Source: a virus
Reading direction: 5' to 3' (one strand)
Length of the DNA stretch: 64,000 nt
Virus record (IMG/VR): IMGVR_UViG_3300048032_000927
Coordinates: 32,001-96,000 of that record
Part shown: piece after piece, positions 9,857 to 19,163 of the stretch
Position numbering within the stretch: the stretch's first letter is position 1
Layout: each line of letters starts with the position of its first letter
The notes under the pieces: model-generated
Databases searched by the model: none
What the model was told of the DNA's origin: nothing
The model's input: only the letters and a program-made list of their open reading frames with translations
Position numbers and translations under genes: made by a program

Positions 9857-12420
9857 TGTCGTTTTCAGATTCACAACCAGTAAAAATAGCTTTATCTAAT
9901 CCTGTAGATAAGTTCGGGAAAACATATCAGATTTCTAATATATTTTTAGCTGATTCTTCTTATGAACAAGAAATTAATAATGTACCTGAAGCTTATACTT
10001 TATTATCCAATTTTCATCAAAATTTAGATGGCAGGCAAATTAATTTAAAGTGGGAGATAATCGACCCACGAGATGGACACACGATAAAAACAACAGAAGA
10101 AGTATCAAAAAACCCATATATTAGTGGTTTAGATATTACTGTTTACCAAAACTCAGGAGAACTTCGCGGAAAAGATGTTATAAACAACAGAACTAAGGTA
10201 TTTGAAACAGGAGTAAAAGATGTTAAGTTCAATTATTCTATTCCTGAAGATACTGATATTAGAAATTATTCTGTTGATGTTAAATTGACTGATGTTTTTC
10301 AGAATCAAAACAATGGATTATTTACAACAAGGAATCTAGAGCCAGATTTTGATATTTATAGTACCTCTTTTAATAGTGGATTTTATGAAATAGGTTACAG
10401 CGGGAGAATAGATACCAATAATAATGACATATCCAATGGGTTAGAATATATCAAGGTATACAATTTTACAGGATTAAATAGTGGTACAAGCGGAATTTTT
10501 TCTCAAGATCAAGATTTCTTAGATACAAGCGTAAATTATGTAACGGGTGAATACGGCTCAGCAAGAATAGAGTTATCACCTGGAGATAATAATTATGTAA
10601 TGGTTCTTGGTGTAGATGGATTTGGCACGGGGCATCATAAAGGGATTTATACATACAGGCAATACGTCACAGGAGAGGGTTTTAGTGGGATCAGCGGAAA
10701 TGCAGAAGAACCTAGGTTACTAAGATATGATCCTGAAGTCACTAACCTACAAGACGAAAGAATATCTGGTGGCGACGCATTATATTTTTCTTTTGATGGT
10801 AACTACAATACAGGAAGTAGTTTGCTGAAAACCTGCTATGGCATAAGTGGAACAGGCGCAAGCTCGCGAGCTGTACGAGGGTACAATGATCCTATATTTT
10901 TAGCTAGCGGAATATTCTATGGAGAAGATGATGGTTATGGAATACCAAATACTGGGCAAGAATTACTCTATGACAATTCATTATATTGGCAAAGTGGATT
11001 TTATACTGGAGAGTTTTACCAAGACGCTACCGTTAGTGGTGTAGATTTTACTGGCTCCGGGACTTTTGGCAGTGGGGCTGGATATCTATGGCTCGCAGAT
11101 TGCCCTAAGTATAGTGGTTATGAGTTCGTAACGGGAGATTCTTTTGAGGGAGGTATTTTTCATTATGGATACTATAATCCTGATGCTCAAGGGTTTGGGT
11201 GCGCATCAAGGAAAGAAGCTTTATCAGGAACTTATGAAATCAGTGGAATATATTCAATGCCTGTAAATGAGCCTAATAGCTATGAAATTGAATATCACAC
11301 TGGACCTAGGTTTAACAAAACATACGAACAGGCAGCTTCTTATTTAAACGCAATAGGTAAAATGCCTGCAGTTATACTCAATCAATCTCAATTAAGCAAA
11401 ATCCAAAGCATGAACGCAGGAAAAGGATGGGTGGGGTTGAGAAGAAAAAAAGTAGGAGTATTACAAAATGTATTCTCTGAAGAATTTATAAATCAAGCGT
11501 TTTTTAATGGCACAGAATTTACCGAGGAAGAAAGTCGTCCAGTACAGGCAGTTAATTCGTTAAATCAACTTGAAACCTCAATGATCGTAATTAATGACGT
11601 AGGAGATCATTGGGCGTGGGTAAACAGTAGTGGAACTCATATATATAAATACGCAGGATCAGGTTACGAAAAAATACGAGAAGCAAGCCTATCAATAGAC
11701 ATCACAAGAAACAGAGATGATCAAGTTTTGTTTAGCACTGGGTATACCGGAAACATTAAACCAATAGGGTTTAATGAAATAACTTTTGAGCTTAGTGAAG
11801 GAATTATCAATTTTGAATATAATTTTGTTGATAATTATTATCAGGATCAGCCAGAAAGTGAGCTTTACCAAGAAAACTACAACATAGTAGGATTGGATTT
11901 ATTCACTGGATACGAGCCTAACTTTGTGGCTAACGAGAATAGTTTCATGGATAGATATGATATCCAATATAATGACGCTATTGAGCCTAGCGGGATAATC
12001 GTAGATACCACTAAAATGCAGACAGGTATATCTGTAGATTTTAGTCAAACATTGACTAGGCCGCCAAGTTATTATAAAATGCTTCCTTACGATACAGTTG
12101 GGTCTGGAGTATTAGCTGATGCTAATGAAAAAGCTGGAGGCATAGAAATAAAACCAGCAATAACAGATCAAGTATCAATACTAAGTTTAGATAGTGCAAA
12201 ACAATCAAATTCTAATTGCGTAAATCTTGAATTTCAATATAATCATTTAACCCCGCCAATTGTTACTTTTGGATTAAGTTATACAGGTACTAAAGATGCA
12301 ATGTCTTATTTAGGAGCAATGATTAAAGGAACTCCAACTGTTTCAAATGTAGAATTTATACTAACAGAAGTTCCGCCTGACACAGGCTACTGCTTGTATG
12401 TGCATAGCTCTAATAGCTAA
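9856..12420 (+). CDS. Putative tail/virion protein, SG/TG-rich, with interrupted C-type lectin-like segment
   Basis: TAATG-coupled to gpJ; KTYEQAASY...GWVGLRR...WAWVNSSG. Confidence 0.55.
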   Translation: MSFSDSQPVKIALSNPVDKFGKTYQISNIFLADSSYEQEINNVPEAYTLLSNFHQNLDGRQINLKWEIIDPRDGHTIKTTEEVSKNPYISGLDITVYQNSGELRGKDVINNRTKVFETGVKDVKFNYSIPEDTDIRNYSVDVKLTDVFQNQNNGLFTTRNLEPDFDIYSTSFNSGFYEIGYSGRIDTNNNDISNGLEYIKVYNFTGLNSGTSGIFSQDQDFLDTSVNYVTGEYGSARIELSPGDNNYVMVLGVDGFGTGHHKGIYTYRQYVTGEGFSGISGNAEEPRLLRYDPEVTNLQDERISGGDALYFSFDGNYNTGSSLLKTCYGISGTGASSRAVRGYNDPIFLASGIFYGEDDGYGIPNTGQELLYDNSLYWQSGFYTGEFYQDATVSGVDFTGSGTFGSGAGYLWLADCPKYSGYEFVTGDSFEGGIFHYGYYNPDAQGFGCASRKEALSGTYEISGIYSMPVNEPNSYEIEYHTGPRFNKTYEQAASYLNAIGKMPAVILNQSQLSKIQSMNAGKGWVGLRRKKVGVLQNVFSEEFINQAFFNGTEFTEEESRPVQAVNSLNQLETSMIVINDVGDHWAWVNSSGTHIYKYAGSGYEKIREASLSIDITRNRDDQVLFSTGYTGNIKPIGFNEITFELSEGIINFEYNFVDNYYQDQPESELYQENYNIVGLDLFTGYEPNFVANENSFMDRYDIQYNDAIEPSGIIVDTTKMQTGISVDFSQTLTRPPSYYKMLPYDTVGSGVLADANEKAGGIEIKPAITDQVSILSLDSAKQSNSNCVNLEFQYNHLTPPIVTFGLSYTGTKDAMSYLGAMIKGTPTVSNVEFILTEVPPDTGYCLYVHSSNS

Positions 12421-13195
12421 TTAATCCTAGCATAACCCTTGTTTCTTTCGGCGGAATATCATCCCAAGTTTCAGCGTTTTTAATCGCTTCATTTTGGTAG
12501 ATTCCTTCGATTTTATCTTGCCACCAAACTTTTATATGATTTTTTCTAAATTCTTCAAAAGAATCGCAGTCTAGAACCTCTTTAGCTTTATTTTGTAATA
12601 ATGATGTTGGGCTCAATGGATTGCCTTTTGATTTAGACTTAGGCGCAATAGATTGGGATGAATCAGATTTATCAATTTCATCGTCACCAACAATATGCAC
12701 TTGTAGGAAATTCCTGACACATCTTACAAAAGCTCTATTGCATGCTATTGTTTCAAGGAACTTAGTTGCAAAGCTGCTGGTATTATTTAATGTAGCATTA
12801 GCCATGTCTTGAAAAACAACAGGTTCTCCGAATGTTTCGTAATTTGGTAGGAACTTCATTTGACAAGTTACAGCCACATGATCTTCTTCACATTTTATAA
12901 CATCATAAGATACATCGGAGAACCCTCTTAGTTTGGCTAGTTCTTTAATGCCGCTAAGTTTTATAAGCAGTTGATGATCCGCTAATCCTTCTATTGATCT
13001 AGGAGTGTCTTTACCTCTCATTTGGAACCAGCTTCTATTAGGAAAAAGATGCTCTTCTCCTACCATGGCCCTCCAGTTTATTGATCCATCTTCATTGAAT
13101 TCATATTCAACGTTTTTAAGTAAACCATTCTCATCCCTTACGAAAAGATTGGGGCCAGTTGAATTATCTATTTCAGTCTTTTTTGTCTTCGGCAT
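12410..13195 (-). CDS. Phage protein, possibly single-strand annealing (Rad52/RecT-like)
   Basis: LLIKLSGIKELA..RG and ETIACNRAFVRCVRNFL resemble SSAP core helices; same strand block as ssb. Function is inference. Confidence 0.35.
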   Translation of the reverse strand: MPKTKKTEIDNSTGPNLFVRDENGLLKNVEYEFNEDGSINWRAMVGEEHLFPNRSWFQMRGKDTPRSIEGLADHQLLIKLSGIKELAKLRGFSDVSYDVIKCEEDHVAVTCQMKFLPNYETFGEPVVFQDMANATLNNTSSFATKFLETIACNRAFVRCVRNFLQVHIVGDDEIDKSDSSQSIAPKSKSKGNPLSPTSLLQNKAKEVLDCDSFEEFRKNHIKVWWQDKIEGIYQNEAIKNAETWDDIPPKETRVMLGLISY

Positions 13196-14357
13196 AATTG
13201 TATATGTTTAAGTGTTCTACTTCTTCCCAAAATTCATCTGAATCTATAGCTTTTTGATGGTCTTCTGTTTTTTCTATTCCTGATTTCCATGCTGCTTTGC
13301 TGTAGTATTCTTTATTATTTGAGATCAATGTTTTATTACTATGATAGAACGTATTATCACACAATTCCGAAATAAAGTCAAGATCTTTTTTATTAGGGGT
13401 AGAATACTCTTCGACAACTAAATCAAAGAACTCCATTCTAATATCTGAAATTAGATCTTTATATTTACAAATTAAATTATATTTTAAACCTATTTGTGTT
13501 AAAAAGTCTAGGTAATCTTTTTTGATTGTGCCTTTATCCATGAATATTGTCATTCCTGCAATGTTTTTTCTGTTTTCATAGATAACGTTGGGATCAATTT
13601 TGTCGTCAATCATGAGGTTGACTTTATATTTCATCCAATGCTCAAGAGACTCAGGAAGAAGCTCGTAATCGCATCTGAGATTGATAACGGTTTCAGGCTT
13701 AAAGTCAGCGGCTGGAACAAAGTCAGGCACAACTTCTGTAACTTTATTATTATAATATTTGCCGATGTTTATTGTTTCATAAGAGTCTAGATTAAAATCA
13801 ATATTTAAAACAGACAAAATGTATTTAGCTATATCTTCTGGCGCAATTTCATTGATTCTTTTAATTGCCTCATTAGGATTAAACGAAGGCTTAATTTCAG
13901 AAAAGTCCGGGGTTAGCTTTATAGACTTGGATTGTTTATTCCAAACTTGCGCCGAACATTCAGGGTAAGAGTTTCCGTATAGAATGATTGAGTTGATATC
14001 AAAAGCGCTTGCGATGTGAGATATAAAAGTGTCTGGGCCAAAGTGCAACTTAGAATTTTTAATTATATATGCCATTTGTTTTAGGCTAACCCCTAATATA
14101 GAGCAGTCAACACATTTCAAAGGTAAATCTTCTGCACCCCCAACCTGTACAACATCAATATTATTTTCTTTTAATTTATGTCTTATAAGTTCAAAAACAA
14201 TAACCCAATGATCATAATTTTTAGATGTAAACTTTTTGTTATCAGTATTGATTGTGATATAATTGTCACTCGGTACAGGATAGAAGTGTTCAGATATAAC
14301 TGGTTGCCCTATTTTTACTCCTAGGCATTTGGCGTATTCTTCGATAGCGTGACTCAT
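13173..14357 (-). CDS. GT9-like glycosyltransferase C-terminal lobe plus unknown domain
   Basis: KNYDHW, VVQVGG, SLKQMAYII..SKLHFGPDTFISHIASA..I.LYG match the GT9 C-lobe pattern. Confidence 0.7.
   Translation of the reverse strand: MSHAIEEYAKCLGVKIGQPVISEHFYPVPSDNYITINTDNKKFTSKNYDHWVIVFELIRHKLKENNIDVVQVGGAEDLPLKCVDCSILGVSLKQMAYIIKNSKLHFGPDTFISHIASAFDINSIILYGNSYPECSAQVWNKQSKSIKLTPDFSEIKPSFNPNEAIKRINEIAPEDIAKYILSVLNIDFNLDSYETINIGKYYNNKVTEVVPDFVPAADFKPETVINLRCDYELLPESLEHWMKYKVNLMIDDKIDPNVIYENRKNIAGMTIFMDKGTIKKDYLDFLTQIGLKYNLICKYKDLISDIRMEFFDLVVEEYSTPNKKDLDFISELCDNTFYHSNKTLISNNKEYYSKAAWKSGIEKTEDHQKAIDSDEFWEEVEHLNIYNYAEDKKD
13353..13381 (-). promoter_or_regulatory. sigma70-type promoter inside a CDS
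   Basis: TTGACT-N17-GATAAT on the minus strand, about 160 nt upstream of the 13195 start. Confidence 0.55.
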
Positions 14358-16276
14358 GATTGATTATAAAGTTCTAAGGCTGTTACATCTTTTCCATTGT
14401 GAACGTAATTCACGCTCTTTTGCGTAGAGACTGTCGGCATATAAGCGACTTGAAAATAACCCGTATGATCTGACTTACCCTCTAGAAAAAACAAACTATC
14501 CATACTAGGCGAATAAGGTATCAATTGATGAACAGCAGGATTATCTTCAATCAAACTATAAAAATCAGGATTAGTGATTACATATAAATTATGATCAGGA
14601 TAAAGTTGTTTAAGGTTTTCGAGTAAAGAATTAACCAAAATAACATCTGATGCGGCCATTGGAATAACTACAGCTATTCTTTTATCAGGGCCTTCATTAT
14701 CTAAATATTCTTCGATTGCATTAGTTTGATTAACTTCGTCATTATTTTTTTGAGCAACCTGCTTGAAGTATTTTAATACATCTTCCCTGCTTCTTCCTTT
14801 CGATATTTCATTCATCCAATATTTGTGGCCATCATCACTAGTTGGATCACATTCAACATTTAAAATGTTTGTATATAAATCAACCAGCCAATCTGAATCA
14901 GACTCTATATGAGGAGGGTTATAATCAGGGTTTTTAAGTTTTTCGGAAAAGTCAAAATCCCAATCTACCTCTGGCAGATCATCTATGAATTTTTCAAGTT
15001 TCCCACCAACCACTTTCGGTGAATAATTATTCAGAACAAACTGTCTAGCTCTCCTCCCGAACTCTTTCTTTTTTGAGTCTTTCATTTTGTAAACTTTATT
15101 TAATTGTTTACAGATACTAGAAGGGAATGTACTTGCTTTTATAAATTGTGTTCCTGGTTCGCGATATTCCGCCCATTCCAGAGGGAAGCCGCCGCTCTCG
15201 CTTGTTACGTGTTCTTCTCCACAGCTATAATTTGTCACAAGAGTAATAAGCTCGGTTAGTTTAGCCTCCTGAATAGGTATCTCTTGTCCGCCGCTAGTAA
15301 AAGGGTGACAATATACATCCATCAGGTTATAGATTTCATTGAGTTGATTCTCGGAAACACCTGCGGTAACATTTGTGGTATTTACAGTTTTTGAACTTTT
15401 ACAAAACTTGCAGTCAAGTTCTTGACCAGCAAAAGGTTTAACCTCGAAGCTCTTGCATTTCTTGCAGAAATAAGTAGTCAAAATATCAGAGGGATTAATG
15501 TTTTTTTCTTTTATTAATCTCTTGATGTCCCATCCTTCTGCCCAATTCGTATGCAATAGTAATTTCGTGTCAAGAGAAGGGTTCTGCTTTTTAAACTGAA
15601 CAAATCCATCGAGTAAGTTTGGTACGCTTTTCCTTAATTGATTGCGAAAAACAAAACCAATGACAAAACAATCTTGAGCTATACCGTAGGCATTTCTAGA
15701 TGTTAACTTAAATTCATCTGAAAGTTTGAAGAAGTTTTGATCTTCAACTATTCCATGCATAGTCTTCACATGGGCATGCCCGAGTTTACCCATTTCTCTT
15801 TCAGCGAAACCGGCCCAAGTAAAATAATTTTTTATATGAGGCGCAGCTTCTACAGCTAACGGTAATATTGGTTCAGAGTCCAAAGTTGTCCAGACTGCAC
15901 AATGCATTTTATTCCACCATTTCCTCTCCCAATATTTATTAAAAGCCCAAATATCTTCGGCGCCAATATAAATGTCGGGTTGAATTTCTTTGATTAGTTC
16001 ATCAATCATTTCAGAACCATAACCTGCAGCTCTTGCGAGACCTTGGTCTTGATTGATTTTTTGCATTCTAGCTTTATCGTCAGGAAGCGTTCCAAAGCAT
16101 TTCCATGGTAATTTAGATAAGGAAGGATGTGACTTCGAGAAACCGTTACATGCTTCAATTATTTCATACTTACCTGTCTTATACAAATAGCTTAAAACAT
16201 TTTTGCAATTTTTGCCAAACCCAGTAAATGCTTTACTATGGTTACTGTGAAATAATATTTTTTTCTTCTTAGGCAT
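14354..16276 (-). CDS. GT4 glycosyltransferase with Zn-ribbon insert, DUF4214-like domain and GT9 N-lobe
   Basis: TGFG, FVFRNQLRKS, IYNLMDVYCHPFTSGGQEIPIQEA; CKKC..CKFC; LYTNILN...GHKYWMNEISKGRSREDV; ASDVIL...LKQLYPD. Confidence 0.78.
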   Translation of the reverse strand: MPKKKKILFHSNHSKAFTGFGKNCKNVLSYLYKTGKYEIIEACNGFSKSHPSLSKLPWKCFGTLPDDKARMQKINQDQGLARAAGYGSEMIDELIKEIQPDIYIGAEDIWAFNKYWERKWWNKMHCAVWTTLDSEPILPLAVEAAPHIKNYFTWAGFAEREMGKLGHAHVKTMHGIVEDQNFFKLSDEFKLTSRNAYGIAQDCFVIGFVFRNQLRKSVPNLLDGFVQFKKQNPSLDTKLLLHTNWAEGWDIKRLIKEKNINPSDILTTYFCKKCKSFEVKPFAGQELDCKFCKSSKTVNTTNVTAGVSENQLNEIYNLMDVYCHPFTSGGQEIPIQEAKLTELITLVTNYSCGEEHVTSESGGFPLEWAEYREPGTQFIKASTFPSSICKQLNKVYKMKDSKKKEFGRRARQFVLNNYSPKVVGGKLEKFIDDLPEVDWDFDFSEKLKNPDYNPPHIESDSDWLVDLYTNILNVECDPTSDDGHKYWMNEISKGRSREDVLKYFKQVAQKNNDEVNQTNAIEEYLDNEGPDKRIAVVIPMAASDVILVNSLLENLKQLYPDHNLYVITNPDFYSLIEDNPAVHQLIPYSPSMDSLFFLEGKSDHTGYFQVAYMPTVSTQKSVNYVHNGKDVTALELYNQS

Positions 16277-16799
16277 CGAAGGGTTCTGTATAGGACTTAT
16301 TGAATCTGTGTTGATAGATTTTATTTAATAGTAACTTTAGAAATGAAACTACGCATTCGCATTCTCCCGGTTCAAGGGAAAGCTTGAAACTATTACCTCC
16401 CGACTTAGATATCGTCATACCAAAAGCTGGAACTGTTTGTTTTGATTCTGAGAATTCTTTAGTTTTAGGATTATAACTTTTGATCGTAGCTACTTTATCC
16501 CAAGGTGTGAATTTGATAGTGGTTTTGTTGTCATTGCTTTGATGGTATGTGCTCCATTCGTATCGTTTTTCAATGCAGTTGATAATTGCGCCACACTCAA
16601 ACTCATTAAATTTTACTGTAACAGTTTTTTCTGGATTATTTGAGTTACCCTGAAAGGTTCCTGAGCCGTTATTCCATGAATATTGAGATATTCCGTTTAC
16701 GAACAAAACAGGTTCACCGCTTTTTTTATCGTTACCGACTGAAAATGAAAAGCCGAAGCCTGAGTTACTTTTATTTGGTTTGTATATTTGAATACTCAT
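16269..16799 (-). CDS. Putative Whirly/PC4-fold ssDNA-binding protein
   Basis: Two beta-rich/helix repeats: IQIYK...TVKFNEFECGAII...STYH...FGMTISK...KLSLEPGECECV. Confidence 0.4.
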   Translation of the reverse strand: MSIQIYKPNKSNSGFGFSFSVGNDKKSGEPVLFVNGISQYSWNNGSGTFQGNSNNPEKTVTVKFNEFECGAIINCIEKRYEWSTYHQSNDNKTTIKFTPWDKVATIKSYNPKTKEFSESKQTVPAFGMTISKSGGNSFKLSLEPGECECVVSFLKLLLNKIYQHRFNKSYTEPFDA

Positions 16800-16800
16800 A

Positions 16801-17187
16801 TTAATCAAAGTCTATTTTTACGTTCTTACTCTCATATGTTTGCTTTACTTGATCAGGATGTTTGGCGCCATTTCTTTCTTTGGAGTAATTGTTATAGTAT
16901 TTTTGTTTCAATGGATCAACGCCTCCATTTTCACTTGCTCTTTTAGCTGAAAGTTCGGCACTGCGATCCAAAAGATCGCCCATAGTTCCTTTGCCATTCG
17001 ATGTTTTGTTTACGAAATCTGCATTGCTCCATGGATCAATTGAGGCTTCAGTATTTAACTGCGGTGAAGAGTATAATCTTTTCCATTCCAAACCATTTTC
17101 ATCTATATATTTTTTTTCATCATTCATCCCGAAGAAAGCTTCTACAACTTCTTCTGTTTTAGGATTCTGGAATAAATAAATAGGCAT
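16801..17187 (-). CDS. FmdB-like phage protein lacking the zinc-ribbon Cys
   Basis: N-terminal MPIYLFQNPKTEEVVEAFF; has its own sigma70 promoter. Confidence 0.5.
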   Translation of the reverse strand: MPIYLFQNPKTEEVVEAFFGMNDEKKYIDENGLEWKRLYSSPQLNTEASIDPWSNADFVNKTSNGKGTMGDLLDRSAELSAKRASENGGVDPLKQKYYNNYSKERNGAKHPDQVKQTYESKNVKIDFD

Positions 17188-17195
17188 TGTCTCAG

Positions 17196-17224
17196 ATTAT
17201 ATCACGCAAACACCTAAAAGTCAA
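17196..17224 (-). promoter_or_regulatory. sigma70-type promoter
   Basis: TTGACT-N17-TATAAT; ATG follows 8 nt after the -10 box. Confidence 0.85.
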
Positions 17225-17521
17225 TTACTTTTTATCTAATTTATTGGCGCCCAATTGTATTAGATCTAATAAGGAATCGAAAAACCAACAAAGCGCAGCC
17301 GAAGCAAAAGGAAAAGTAAAATAATAAACCTCCTGCTCTATATTATAAAACAATCCACCGATAAAAAGACCACACCAGAAACCAAGACATAAACTACAAT
17401 TAAATAATTCTTTAATTATTGAGAATTTATTGCATATAAAATTTCTTGGTTTGTTTAATATAGATCCATATCTAAGAATCCACATTAAACCAAGGCATGA
17501 GACTAATTTAAGAGTTATCAA
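17225..17521 (-). CDS. Small membrane protein with CxxC (DUF1360-like)
   Basis: Three hydrophobic segments; ELFNCSLCLGFW. Confidence 0.5.
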   Translation of the reverse strand: MITLKLVSCLGLMWILRYGSILNKPRNFICNKFSIIKELFNCSLCLGFWCGLFIGGLFYNIEQEVYYFTFPFASAALCWFFDSLLDLIQLGANKLDKK

Positions 17522-17696
17522 GCTCTTCTAACGCTTCTTGTATAACAGTTAGTTGTTCTTTCGAAAGTAAAACTTGACCCCCGAAATCATCAGTTAAGGA
17601 ATACATTTCCTCTTGATCTTCAGATTTTTTGAGCGCAGGGCAGCGACCTTTTCCACAGCATAATAATACGGAATTTCCTTCTCTTTTTACATTCAT
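17508..17696 (-). CDS. Small Cys-containing hypothetical protein
   Basis: LCCGKGRCP...ltDDFGG; overlaps both neighbours. Confidence 0.55.
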   Translation of the reverse strand: MNVKREGNSVLLCCGKGRCPALKKSEDQEEMYSLTDDFGGQVLLSKEQLTVIQEALEELDNS

Positions 17697-18778
17697 GATT
17701 TTATTAGTTTTAGTATTTGGTTTACAGTGTTTGAGTAAGTAAATGTTTCTTTTAATTTAACGCCTTCTTCATTTCTTTTTTGATATCTATTCAAGGATTC
17801 ATCTATGGCACTGTAAAAGCTTTCGTTTGAAAAGCAGTTTAGTTTGCCTTGATTGAATTCCTGACCTTTTTGAAAGAATACGTTATCATAAATTTCTTCT
17901 TGAGATGAGGGTTCTATCAAGATGGAGTTTTCTTTTGTTGCCCAATCTTTATGGGATGTTGAGTTTAAAACTATACTCCATTTACCGAGACAGGTGGAAT
18001 TAAATGCAGGTAGGTTCCATCCTTCGGCTCCACTTAAACCGCTAAGATTAATGTCGATAGAGTTGTAGAGCTCATTCATTTCTTGGTTTGTCTTGAGGTA
18101 AGGTAGGAAATTTATATTAGTATACCGTTTTCCTTTCAAGGCTTGAGCAATTAAACCCTTCATTTGGTCTTCCTTGAAGAAAGGATTTGTTATGCAGCAA
18201 GTTAATTGATAGTCATTATTGTTGCCGTATTTTTCAGCCCAAAGATTAATAATAGCGGCGGTATGTTTTCTTTTTTCAAATTTACCGACTAAGCCAAAGT
18301 GAACCTTGTTTTCTAAATAAGTCTTTCCGGTCTCTTCGAAATCCTCATCAAAGCCAATTGGTATATATTCAGTATTCTCGCATCCGGAGTCTTTGAAGCA
18401 GTCTTGAGCATGAGTGCTACTAAAAATAGTCTTTTCATTTAGCTTAGTTAAGCTTATTTCTGCAGTAGTAGGCTCATCACATTCATAAAAAGTATAAAGA
18501 AAACTTCTTGAGCCAACAGAAGATTCTGAGCCATTCAGGTGCCACATTCTTAATGATGGATTATTTTTATCTAAGTTTTTAAATCTAGATTCATAAGAGT
18601 CAAGAACCCACTTTTTGAAATCCTCAGAGATTTTATCGTAAGCATCAAAGTCTAGCTTATTCCCTATTGGGAAGAAACAGATTTTTTGATCTAATTTATG
18701 AAGCTCTCTTAACATATTGATAGATACGTTGCCAAAGCTAAGTGAGTTTATCGGTCCGCTAAAATTTAAGTATTCCAT
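17693..18778 (-). CDS. GT4 family glycosyltransferase
   Basis: IPIGFD, VGKFEKRK, LYNSID..SGAEGWNLPAF. Start reassigned to MEYLNF. Confidence 0.8.
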   Translation of the reverse strand: MEYLNFSGPINSLSFGNVSINMLRELHKLDQKICFFPIGNKLDFDAYDKISEDFKKWVLDSYESRFKNLDKNNPSLRMWHLNGSESSVGSRSFLYTFYECDEPTTAEISLTKLNEKTIFSSTHAQDCFKDSGCENTEYIPIGFDEDFEETGKTYLENKVHFGLVGKFEKRKHTAAIINLWAEKYGNNNDYQLTCCITNPFFKEDQMKGLIAQALKGKRYTNINFLPYLKTNQEMNELYNSIDINLSGLSGAEGWNLPAFNSTCLGKWSIVLNSTSHKDWATKENSILIEPSSQEEIYDNVFFQKGQEFNQGKLNCFSNESFYSAIDESLNRYQKRNEEGVKLKETFTYSNTVNQILKLIKS

Positions 18779-18779
18779 A

Positions 18780-19163
18780 TTAAAAGGGCATATCTGCCTC
18801 GTCAATTATTTCTTTTATACTATCTGAAGGTTTTGGGTTTTCAATTTTTTTATCTTCTTCTCTTTTGCCGTTAGGTAGGAACCTTACGAGATCTGCGCCG
18901 ATGTAAAATTTTTGACGCTTGGTTCCGTTTTTATCTTCCCATTTGTTTACCTTAACTTTACCCTCTACGTAAACACAGGATCCTTTTGAGAGATATTTCG
19001 CGCAATTATCTGCAACCTTATTCCAGCACTCAATATCCATGAATATAACTTCATCTTTGGATGAGTTGATTGCTATCGGGAAACTACATTTATTGTAGTC
19101 TCCTAATTCTTTCATTTCTGGAGATCTTGTTAAATTTCCTATTCCGATGAATTTATTGATCAT
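18780..19163 (-). CDS. ssb: Single-stranded DNA-binding protein
   Basis: IGNLTRSPE, YLSKGS.VYVEG, acidic tail ending DEADMPF. Confidence 0.95.
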   Translation of the reverse strand: MINKFIGIGNLTRSPEMKELGDYNKCSFPIAINSSKDEVIFMDIECWNKVADNCAKYLSKGSCVYVEGKVKVNKWEDKNGTKRQKFYIGADLVRFLPNGKREEDKKIENPKPSDSIKEIIDEADMPF

